Below are positions 24,073 to 34,294 of a DNA stretch of 34,294 nt, piece by piece. This stretch comes from Spongospora subterranea f. sp. subterranea (Eukaryota). The notes beneath the pieces were generated by a model. That model had not been told where the DNA came from. It worked only from the letters and a program-made list of their open reading frames with translations, and ran no database searches. Within the stretch, counting starts at the first letter, position 1. The number at the start of each line of letters is the position of its first letter. The stretch covers positions 310,001 through 344,294 of the forward strand of contig JAUGWO010000060.1 of NCBI GenBank assembly GCA_049724395.1. The letters are read 5' to 3'. The position numbers were made by a program, and so were the translations under genes.

Positions 24073-26876
24073 ATGTCGTTGACTGCCAAGTCCTGGACTG
24101 ATGAAAAAAGCGAACGGCTAGACAGGATCTTGTTGGATGCTGGCAAAGGGTATGAACTGATTACCAGCAAGGATCTTAAACGAATTGCCCCAGATACTTT
24201 CAAGGATTTTGCAGCAAATACCCTGAATGGTAAAATTAAGAAACATAAAAAGGATCTGTTGCAACGCAAATTCTTCCAAGGACTTCAGTAGCCTGGGGAA
24301 AATTCGATATGCATCGAAACGGTTTGCGCGTTGCTTTCCCGTATTGACAGGATTCACAGAAATATGATTTATTTCCTTTGACTTTCATGCCTGTTGCCAA
24401 ACCACGTATAAGCGTTTTGACTCTCGCGGGATTTATATGTCCCAAACGAGCGTGCCACACTGCTTCTGAAGCGGTGTTAGACGTAACAAGGGAGTGGACC
24501 ATATCGGTTTCTGGGATATGTATACGTCCAGAGAGATAGTACACGTCACCTCGACGTTCGCCAACTGTGAGGAGCTGTTGATCGCTTGCTCTGTATAGGC
24601 GGCAGTTATTCTCGTCGAAAACAGTAAGGATGCCATTATCGGCTGCTGCGCTGACGGAAAAATAGTTTTCAGATAACAGAGGTACATGGTGGACATGCTG
24701 CAAGTTAATGTGTGCATGAGCGCATTGAGGTGACTGTATTTGGAGGGATACAGTACCATGGCCGGTAACTAGCAGTCTAGTATTGTCAGCAGTACGGATA
24801 AACTGTTTCTGGGACATTAGTGGCACATACTCAGTAAAATCATTGAGATCGTAGAAAGAGTGCGAACTACATCCACTGTCGATCATCATACTAATGGTTT
24901 GTATGGAATTCGTGGGATACACATCAAACGATGATTTATTCGATGATTGCATTGCAGATTGCAGTAACGAATTAATCTGAGGATTCTTCCCCGAAGGTCG
25001 TGGAGGTTTGGAAGTTGTATCTGGCTTTCCAGGCCGAAAACTGTTTTCTCGTTTGCGTTTGCGACAAACGGCTTCTGTGTGTCCACCGCGGCCGCAATAA
25101 GTACAACTCGTGGCGTGTTTCAGGGTTGTAGAGGGCTCACGTGTGTTCTGCTGGTTTGGATTTTCCAGTAGTGGGATCATTCGCAACTTGTGCTTCAGTG
25201 TTGGCCACGTTAGCTGTTGCGAGATTGCGTCCTGCTTTGTCCGGGCATCCGGAAATTTGCGGATAACCCGCAAAGCCAGTGACACCTCATCCAGAGAGAG
25301 ATCGCCGAGGCTGATGCACCTGGAGCGCATGGCATCAACTTTGCCCAGAAATTCCTCAATCCTTTCGGGTCTAGTTGGAAACTGGAGTGCATCCAGTTGG
25401 GCGTGCAACTGCAGGATCAGAGCCGTCTTCTGATCATCCTTCCCAGGTCCGTATTCTGCTCGGAGGAACTGCCACAGTTGGGCTGCGGTTTCGCAGTGTG
25501 CTGCGATGGCTAAGACGCCATCGGTCAGCTGATCCGAAACGTACCCCAGCGCTGCTCGATCAATGGCGTGAAATCGATGTGCCGAGATACCATGGCAAGG
25601 ACATTTGCCGTTCGGGGGCATCGCCGGACAACAGATCTCGTCCAAAACGTGTTGGTCTAAAGAGTACTGTCGCAGGCGGTTCAGGATCCGGTTGACCCAT
25701 GTCGAGTAATTCTCGATGCCACGAAGGCGCTCCGCAACCGTTAGAGGAGGCGGGGTCTTGGTTTGCGTGAACGCGAATCCCGAGGAGTCGTCACCCGATG
25801 GTACTGGTAAAGGGCGGGAAGATGGTTGTGTCTCCGCGGGAACGGCGACCTGATGGGCGCATTTCTCTGTGGGCATCGGCTCCGTCAAGGAATCCGGATT
25901 GGGGAACAGACCATGTCCGAATGGCAGTGTGGAGCCCTGAGACAAGCCCGTCGGGGAACTCGGTGGTGTGCCAATGATGGTGGTGTTCAAACTTGTCGCT
26001 CGGCTAGCAGCAGTGGAGGGTCCCATAACCTATTAGATGTGAATCTCAAAAGATGAAATTGGAAGTGTGAATCTCAAAAGATGAAATTGGAAGTGTCCCT
26101 GTTTATTCGAAACCAGTTGAGTTCGGAACGAGTTCGGACTCCGGAATCTCAGCGTAGACATGCGAGAGAAACTGCGATGAGTCATGATTGAACAATGATC
26201 CTCGGAATTAATCCAACATGTTGATGGCAGGTAGTAACTTTCTGGTCTTTTCACGGTTAAAAATTACTTATTTGTCATAGGACAATTACCAGATTCTGAC
26301 GACGACGATGATTCGCCAGTCACTCCGAAAGTCCAGCCGGCCATCCTTGGTCTTGGCAAGCCCAAGGGCCGACAGTTAAAAAAGGATTGTGAGCAACCAG
26401 CAGTGGCAATCATTAATATGACGCCTGCTGCGGCTACAAAAGCCGCTGGTTTCAGCATTAATGTGCGTTTACACGAAACCATTGAGTATACGGCAAATGG
26501 AACCTCGTATATTGCAGTTATACTCGCTTTAGTAACTGGGTTCGTCCCAACACTTGATGTGAGTGAGGACGGTCAAACATTACTGTATTTATTGAAACGG
26601 ACAAGCTGGGATCCAGCGGACTTCATCAGTCCAGAGGCAAGGGCCGACATTTGCGCCAGCGACGAGGCCAAAGCATTTGTACGATATTTCGGCAACGAAT
26701 CTTTAGAGACATTTACTGTTGCAATCCCCTTACCGTCGCCGGTACTGCACGTCACGACCATCAGATCACGGTACATATACAAAACCATTGAGACCGTGAA
26801 AATCCCGACAAGGTTGGTGGCCACGCTGACCGTACGCAGCGAGGACAAGCTGGACTTGAACAGTATCCTTTGTTGA
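24073..26876 (+). pseudogene. Second ORF of the PHIS element (263 aa reconstructed), split by a Copia insertion
   Basis: Joining 24073-24261 to 26224-26230 across the TGTTG TSD and splicing intron 26231-26280 gives an unbroken frame: MSLTAKSWTDEKSERL...KKDLLMAGQLPDSDDDDD...NSILC*. Confidence 0.78.
24262..26218 (-). mobile_element. Ty1/Copia element, 5' half only: 5' LTR 26218-26032, PBS, gag, protease, GAG-pre-integrase
   Basis: LTR starts TGTTGG and ends CTAATA (decayed CCAACA); PBS GGTTATGGGACCC; ORF from 26026 with LRGIENYSTW, CTYCGRGGHTEAVC, MIDSGCSSH and WHARLGH...CESC; truncated just at the integrase core; TGTTG TSD at 24257-24261 and 26219-26223. Confidence 0.93.
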
Positions 26877-29800
26877 ATAAAAAAAATAAATACAGTAATA
26901 TTCCCTAATACACGAACGAACCCAACTCCGAATGACCGCAGCCTCCTGCGGAACCTGCGAAAGAGGTCTGCCGGAAGAGAAGGAAGAATAATACAGAATT
27001 GATTGATTGACAAAAGCGATAGAAGTCTGAACTCAACTTACACGGCAAGTTGGCACAAAGAATTCTTTAGCAGCAGTAACAGTTCAACAAATGATGCAAA
27101 GTAAGGAAGCCGTCATCATGCTAGAAGAGGAGACTCTGTCCGAGCAAACAATTGGGAGAGAAGAAGCCCCCAAGAAAATGCCCACGGTAACGTTTGAAGT
27201 AAATAAGGCGCCCAGGCTTGAAGGTTTCGATCGGGAAGAGATCCTGAATTTTATGACGAAATATAAGGTCTATGTGGGCGTATTTAAAGAAGCCGGCGCC
27301 GATGGCATGGAACCCCGTCCGTTGAAGTCGATGATTAAGCCGAGCTTGTTGAAAGCCATCTGTAGATACGAGCTGAAGGCTCATGAAGATGTACTCACAG
27401 ACAAGGACCTATACGACTGGCTGAAGGACCAGTTGGAGAAGGACAAAGACGGAGCCGACATGTCCAAAGAAATGAAGAAGCTGGCCATGAAGACAGAAGG
27501 AACACCGTTAGGGAGAGTCATGTCATTAACGGGTGACTTCATGGAGTTCGTGATAAAGCACGGATGGGAGAACTCGTTTGAAGGCAAGGAAGGCCAGAAG
27601 CTCGAAGTCAAGTTTCTGCTGGAAGCGGTGCGACCCTTTAAGCTGAGGGAAAAAATGAAAAAACTCATGAGCACCGAGAAGGCGGGCTTGCACAGAAGTC
27701 CAGACTTATTCTTAGCATTGCTAAAGGAGAAGGTCAGAAGTCATCAGGAGTGGGAGGACTCGGAGGAGCGCCCCTCTAAGAAGCAACGGTCTGAGCCCAA
27801 CCCTAAGAAGCATGGGACGGATACTCGGAACCGTTTGGAGCCGCGAGAAGCGCGAGCTCCGCATAGCCATCATCCACAAATCAACCCGAAGAAGGGAAAG
27901 GGTTTGATTTGCTACAACTGTGGAAAAGCTGGACATCCAGTCTATGCTTGCCCAGAAACCCTGAGTAAGGAGAAGGTTGCTCAGATACTGGAAGAGAAGA
28001 AGCTTCAGAAGAATAAACAGAAGCATAAGGTTGATTATCTTTTGAAGAACAACCAACATAAGCAGAAGGCTGATTACCTCTTGGTTTATCGGCTAGTCAG
28101 AAACGATTCAGATAACAATCGTATTCTAGCTAAAGTTAATGAAGGAAGATTCGTGCCTGCTATATTGGATAGTGGTGCAACGGATGTTAGCTTATTACCA
28201 AGAAGTATTGCTAATGAAGCTATCAGAAGTAGTAATCTAGAAGTAGAAGTGTTGGACCCACCAGTAAAGCTGATACTTGGTGACAACGTAACCGAAATCG
28301 AATCCACGGAAGCCATCACTGTGGTCATCAGATTAAGAACAAAGGTTGGCGAGCTGATCACTCGTAAACACCGATGTCTTATCTGGGATGTACCAAGCGA
28401 TGAGATTATCTTAGGAGGAGATTTATTGAAGCAGTTGGGTATTGATCCAGAAACAGCGTTGGAAACGCTAATAGAAGAGGGTAGGCCTAACCCAATCAAT
28501 ACAGCAATGATATCAACAGAAGCCCGATCAGAAGTGGAAGAATTACAAATTAACACAGAAGATAATGAAGAAAAACGCAATCCACGTGATTCGCACTTTA
28601 CAGAAGATGACGTCCAAATCGAGGACGTTATAACAGAAGAAATAGAAAGCAGCCTAGAAGACTTAGTGAAACAAGCTGCGACAAATGGCTTGTCAAAACT
28701 GTGGCAAGGCAAACTGAGATACTTAGTAAACAAGTATGGCTCAGTCTGGCGAAAGAGTCTGGGTCCGGACTCGCCAGCAGAAGTGACACCGTTCAAAACT
28801 CAACTGAAGCCAAATGCATTTCCGTTCAAATGCAAGGCTAGAAGATACAGCACAGAAGATAGCGAATTCTTGAAGAAGTTCGTTGATGAGCTAATGAAGT
28901 ATGGTCTAGTTGAAGAGAATTACAATTCTGAATGGGCATCACCAGTATTGGTGGTGAAGAAGAAGGATGGAGGCCAGAGAATGACAGTAGATCTTCGTGG
29001 AGTAAATGCACTCTGCGAAAGTACTGTCTGACCTATGCCGTTCATGGAAGCAATAGTCAAACATCTGGCTGGATCAAAGTTCTGGTTCAAACTGGATGCT
29101 TTCAAAGGGTTCTGGATGATGCCTCTTGCAGAAGAATGCAGAGAGATGTTTTCATTCATGACCGATAGAGCGGTATACACCCCGCTATATATCTATTCAG
29201 GGCGCGCTAAATTCAGCAACCCAATTTCAGGCAAGAATGTCTGAAGTATTTAAAGATTTGATCTTTCAGAAGTTGATTATCTGGATTGATGATCTGTTAG
29301 GATATTGCAAAACCTATGAAGATTGGTATTGCAGTCTTGAAGAAACCCTACGGATAGCGAATAGATACAACATTAAGTTTAACGTATCTAAATGTGATTT
29401 ATTCACAAACAGGATTAAGTTTTGCGGAAGGCTTTTCTCAACAGAAGGAGTAGAGCACGATCCATCACGAATTGAGGCGCTGATTGATATTACGCAACCG
29501 AAGAGTGCCAGGGATTTACAATAATTTCTAATGGCCGCTCAATGGATGAGCAGATCAATCCCAGAATATAATACGCTTGTTCACAAACTCCAAGAAGTGT
29601 TTGAAGAATCCATGAAAAACATGCCAAGCAGAAAGAAGAGAATCGCTAGGCAAGTTAGACTAGTGAAGTATGGGTGGAACGCAACGCATGCGCTAGCTTT
29701 TGAGAAGTTGAAACTAGCCATAGCACATTGCGTAAAGCTCGGATATCCACGTGATGATCGAATTCAGTGCATGTTCACTGATGCCAATGAATATAACTCA

Positions 29801-29894
29801 TCTGGCATGGTCACACAGATTCCAATAGAAGATGCGGAACAACCTGTCGAACTGCAGAGACACGGGCCTCTCGGTTTTGTGGGACGCAGGTTCA

Positions 29895-30034
29895 TGAAGC
29901 GCCTTAGCGCTCTTCTCATACCTGTCCGTAATACCTGTCCGTACGCATTCCGTACGTGTTATGAATACAGAGCTTTTTTGACTGAACGTTCTAGTTCTAC
30001 GCCCTTGGGCTGCAACAGTGATCACTACGCTTCC
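29895..30034 (+). repeat. 5' LTR of Gypsy D (140 bp)
   Basis: Starts TGAAGCG exactly where Gypsy C RNase H homology ends; ends CGCTTCC (inverted terminus with one mismatch); gag ATG follows 20 nt later. Confidence 0.78.
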
Positions 30035-33000
30035 TCCTTAGGGCGTAAAAGTTTATGCAATTGAGGTCAGGGAAAACCAGCAACAATCCCATGACACCTT
30101 CTTCTATACCGACCAACCGAAGTTCTGATGCCAAACCAACCATAACCCCTTCTTCTGTACCGACGAACCAAATTTCTGATGCCAAACCAAAAATTTCTTA
30201 TCTGGATCCCTCTGCCTCACTCCAAGCTGTTTTCACAAGTTTTATGCAACAACAGCAACAAACCAACCAAGTGATGAGCCAGCTGCTACTGCAACTTTGT
30301 AAAGAGTCAAAGACTGACGAGCCCGCTGTCTCTGCTCAAGCTCCTGCCACGAAAACTTATCCCATTTCCTCGTCTGAACTACCAAAGTTCAGTGAGATTA
30401 TTTCTACTGATGATGCCTTTCGCTACCTGGGCACAGCGGATATCAGAAGCCTATCGGATGACGATCGTCTGATTGTCCGATCCTTCAAATTTTTTTCCTT
30501 TAGGGCGCGCTTCACCAAGCTAACCCGATTACTTGGAGATGATGCCAGACTGCAACATCTTTACTGTTGTCTAGTTGGGCAAGCCCAGGAACGAGCCGTG
30601 CTAATGGATGCTTCGACAAGCGAAGAACTTTTCGGGTCCCTAGCGGAGCGGTATGCCTCGGCAGCAGATCCCGGCGCTCTCGAGGATACCATTCGCCACA
30701 AGCTAGAGTGCTCCGTACCTTTCCCCACTGAATCTATCGCAGAATATGTTTCCAGGTTCGACCAGTACTACCGCTTTGCTAAAGAGGTATCACCAAATTT
30801 TTCCATCTCGGAACCGACATGTTGCCGCTTATTCCTACATTCCCTGCGTTCCCGCACCGCCCTTTTCAGTGCAATGGTCTACGCATCTGGTCGAAAGGTT
30901 AGTCGACTCGAGGATATTTTCAGTCTAGCCCGAGACTGCGAAAGCAACCTTAGTATGATCCAAGCGGCGGAAACTTTTGCCTCACACCCACCACAGAGAC
31001 GAGATTCGCGACCAAACTTCGGTTCTTCTAATCGCCCTGAAACCTTTTCCACCAACCGTAATCACCATAATCCTCCAGAGTCCAACCGCCCTGAAAACTT
31101 TGTAAACAACCGTTTTTCTCAGCATCGAACGCAAACACCTGCCGAAGACTCCAGCAGAACTCATTCTCGTTTTCCACAACGCCACACATCAGAGAAACCG
31201 TTTATCAAGCGAGTCTCTACGGCTAGCCCTCCCCTTTCTACGGTTTACGAATATTCGGAAGATCGGCCCATCTCGACGCCAGGTGTCTCCCGCGTGACGT
31301 TCGAAACAGTTTCCCCCTTCCCTACTCTTACTTCTCCACCTGAAATTGAAATTTCGCATGTTCAATCTGAAAACGTGACCGAAATTTCCTCTCAACGTAC
31401 TTTAAGAACGGCCGTTCTGTCGGTAGGCTCAGCAAAAGCCGTCGTTCCCATAACAATAGATGATGGTGCGGATTTTTTCCGTAATGAGTAAAGAGTTTTA
31501 TATCAACTTCCCCAATTTGGCTATTCCCATAGAGCCAATCACTTTTCGAATGGCGAACGATCAGGAGGCCACCTGCTCCCGCTATGTACTTTTCGATGTT
31601 TCCCTGGAAACGGAGGCCGGAAACGTTACCCTCAGGCGCCACCAGATCTATGTTGCTGACATTCCTATGTCGGAAGTTCTGCTTGGAAGACCTTTTTTGC
31701 GACGCTTGGGCATTGATGTCGACGCGCTGATTTGTCTGATGGCAACCCATTCTGTGGATGAGAAACCTCCGGATCAGGAATATTTCGTTGACCATGTTTC
31801 CGAGGAGGCACCATCTCCAGGAAAAAACTCCCTGGGTGATATAAGAGCTACACTGGAGGAACGGTTAAATGACTGCTCGGCTCTCGATCCTCCGCCGTGG
31901 TTTCTGTCTGAGCTTCGCATGATACTCTCTGAATTCGTTGATGTTTTCCGAATTTCGCTTTGTTCTGACCCCCCTGTTAATGTTACGCCTCTGCTATTGA
32001 AGCAACTCCCTGATGCTGCCCCGTTATTGGCAAACGCAAGGATTCTGTCTCCGGTTGCTCGCTCCTATATGCGATCGTGGATTACTGAATTAGAGAAGTG
32101 CGGATTAATTTTTGCAAATCATAATCCGTCATGGGCACTACCTGCGTTCGTTGTTGATCCTTTCAAGAAGCCTCGCATGGTTATTGATATGGTTCCCGCG
32201 AACAAATCAATGGTAAAATTCTATTTTCCTATGCCTCACTTACAGTCTTTCGGATGTCACTTACGCAACTCTTCTGTTTATTTCACGTTGGATTGTTTCA
32301 AAGGATACTGGCAGTTTCCTGTTGAAGGTGATCTAGACTGTCAAAGTTTTGTAACCCCGTTTGGAGTATACACTCCAACCAGAGTCTGTCAAGGAAATTG
32401 CAATGGTGTTTTTGCCTTCCAAAGAGGAATGCATGAAATTTTTGGTGATTTAGTTCCTAGCCAACTGTTAATTTGGCTGGATGATGTCTTGGGATTCTCT
32501 TCTGACTGTTCCCAATTACTGTCGCTCCTACGCAATGTTTTCTTTTTATGTCGCAAATTCTGTTTGAAGTTGAGCGCATCCAAGTGTCGTTTTTTCATGC
32601 GCGAAGCCCTCTGGTGTGGACAAGTATATTCGGAAAGAGGAATTTCCCCAGATCCTCGTCGGATCCAAGCGCTGTCAAGTTTTAGTCTCCCTCAAACAGC
32701 TGGAGATTTGATGCAATCTTTGTGTGTGCTGTTACTTGGCTCTCTTCATCGATTCCCGACTTCTCGCGCAAGGTTAACCCGCTACGTCACCTGTTGGAGA
32801 GTGCCCTGTCGTTGGCCCCTGTTCGCACCAAGAAATTCGCGTCCAGGATTCTACTTTCTGATCTGGATTTTGGCGAGCTCCATCGAGCGGCTTTCAACTC
32901 CATTATTGATGCGATCAAACATGCGGTCACGCTGTCATATCCGTCGGATGACCTTGTCCCATGTCTCTTTACTGATGCTAGCAAAGATTTTTGGATGGTT

Positions 33001-34294
33001 GTCATTACGCAAGTCCCTGAAGACGACTTTCATTTACCTTTCAAAGAGCAACATCACCAGCCGCTAGCCTTTTGTAGTGGTGCTTTCAAAAGGTCGTCTG
33101 CCAACTGGTCGGTCCCTGAAAAAGAAGCTTTTCCAATTCAGTATGCCGTCCGGCGATTTGATTACTTACTCTGTACCGGAAAACATGCCTTCCGAATTTT
33201 TACAGACCACCGAAATCTGGTTTTTCTCTATAGCCCTGCGAGTGTAAAAGTTTTCCTTAATAGACACTCGCTGGATAAAGTTCACAGATGGCGCTTAAAT
33301 TTGGACGGCAAATCCTATATTATTGAATCTATTTCTGGCGAGGACAATGTCTGGGCTGACCTTGGTACTCGCTGGGCTGCCCCGCCCTCTATTTCACGAC
33401 TGGCTCTGCCTTCAATCCTGCGTTCCACATCCAATGTCGTATCGCCCGGGATCGTCCAACCACTACAACGTCCGGATTTCGATTGGCCTTCGCTCTCGGA
33501 GGTTGCGTTATCTCAATCTGAATATTTTTCCAATGCTGAGCTGGATCCGCTGCTTAATTATGTCGATGGCTTATATTTCACCAAGCTGGATCGTATTTTC
33601 ATACCGCCTACGGCGCCACAGCTCAAATTGAGGATTTTGATTGTTGCTCACTGTGGTCTTTCGGGTCATTGTGGAGTCCAAGCAACAGTGCAAAACATTC
33701 GCTCACGCTTTTCCTGGCAAGGCTTATTTAATGATGCTGCTGCATTCTGCCAACAATGCCTACACTGCACAGTCAATCGAGGTGGTAAAGTGGTTCCTCG
33801 ACCTCTAGGCACTGCTATTCATGCCACCGGTCGAAACTTGGTACTGCACTTTGACTATTTGTATATTAACCTGTCCCGACAAAAACAGTTCAAATACCTT
33901 TTTGTCATCCGCGACGACCTGTCGTCCTTCACCGAACTGTTTCCCTGCTTAAATCCAACTGCCGCTTTTGCAGCCGAATGTCTACTTGACTGGATCTGCC
34001 GGTATGGAATACCTTCCACCTTTGTCTCGGATCGAGGATCCCATTTCTTAAACTCACTGATTGAAAATCTTTGTTTAAAGCTACATATCCGCCATCATTT
34101 TACTCTGGCATACTGCCCATGGTCCAATGGTACGATTGAAGTTGTCAATCGTCGCATCCTTCATGTCTTACGATCGCTCATCTCCGAGCTCCGCCTTGAC
34201 TTAAGAGATTGGCCAATTCTTATTCCCCTAGTTCGCTTTGCGCTCAACCACACTACGCCTCCCGATCGGCCGGCTGCTGTCACACTCTTTTGTG
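29895..34294 (+). mobile_element. Ty3/Gypsy element D, runs off the window end
   Basis: gag MQLRSGK..., protease IDDGADFS (extra T at ~31475), RT (WALPAFVV, LDCFKGYWQ, WLDD), frameshift at ~32720, RNase H (FTDAS, EKEAF, FTDHRNL), integrase (H...GH...C.HC, LHFDY, SDRGSHF, NGTIE). Confidence 0.94.

Larger units (their letters stand above)
22354..26945. mobile_element. PIF/Harbinger-like (PHIS group) DNA transposon with two divergent ORFs, carrying a nested Copia
   Basis: TIRs GAGGCTGCGGTCA(A/T)T(T/C)GGA at 22354 and, inverted, ending at 26945; flanking triplets CCG / CTG (candidate 3-bp TSD with one transition); encloses a DDE transposase and a second ORF. Confidence 0.75.
22045..29894 (+). 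mobile_element. Ty3/Gypsy element C: putative LTR end and leader (22045-22353), interrupted by a PHIS element; gag-pol from 27091, cut in RNase H by Gypsy D
   Basis: ORF 27091: CYNCGKAGHPVYAC knuckle, ILDSGAT protease, RT (WASPVLVV, LDAFKGFW, WIDD), RNase H FTDAN...PLGFVGRRF; in-frame stops at 29029 and 29522 and a frameshift near 29190. Assignment of 22045-22353 rests on ...GTCA-TT-TGG at 22122-22130 and a near-matching TSD, and is less certain than the coding part. Confidence 0.8.

Noticed and set aside
28086..28796. 236-aa antisense ORF and similar shadow ORFs across the window
   Set aside because: They lie opposite or overlap well-supported genes or TE ORFs and have no domain features.
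14796..29894. Gypsy A and Gypsy C as two inverted halves of one element
   Set aside because: Both break in RNase H and are of similar type, but the Gypsy A LTR sequence is not found upstream of Gypsy C and a stretch between the two breakpoints is missing; unsupported.
31465..31491. Programmed gag-pol frameshift in Gypsy D
   Set aside because: The shift falls inside the protease active-site motif at a T6 run where T5 restores DGADFSVM; a mutation or homopolymer error is simpler.

Overview
Eukaryotic genomic window from a compact genome with ~50-60 nt spliceosomal introns (a protist or fungus-like organism; species cannot be determined from the sequence). Bases 1-~10,000 hold five housekeeping genes: a 5'-partial MscS-like channel, pyridoxamine-5'-phosphate oxidase, Sec61 alpha, glutamine-dependent NAD+ synthetase (~17 introns, two of them adjacent GC-AG) and an acetyl-CoA C-acetyltransferase with a PTS2-like leader. 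Three of these carry a single frameshift each. Bases ~10,000-34,294 are a nested, mostly decayed transposon cluster: a PIF/Harbinger element, a second PIF/Harbinger-like (PHIS) element with TIRs and a second ORF split by a Copia insertion, and four Ty3/Gypsy elements (two with a visible chromodomain). The most unusual signals are: (1) the reconstructed partner ORF of the PHIS transposase, which looks like a Myb-like domain plus an alpha-crystallin/HSP20-like domain; (2) four diverged fold-back inversions within 5.5 kb, including a ~400-bp hairpin of a Harbinger ORF; (3) an almost fully palindromic LTR with an 11-nt Tf1-style self-priming site. All calls were made by eye; no searches were run.
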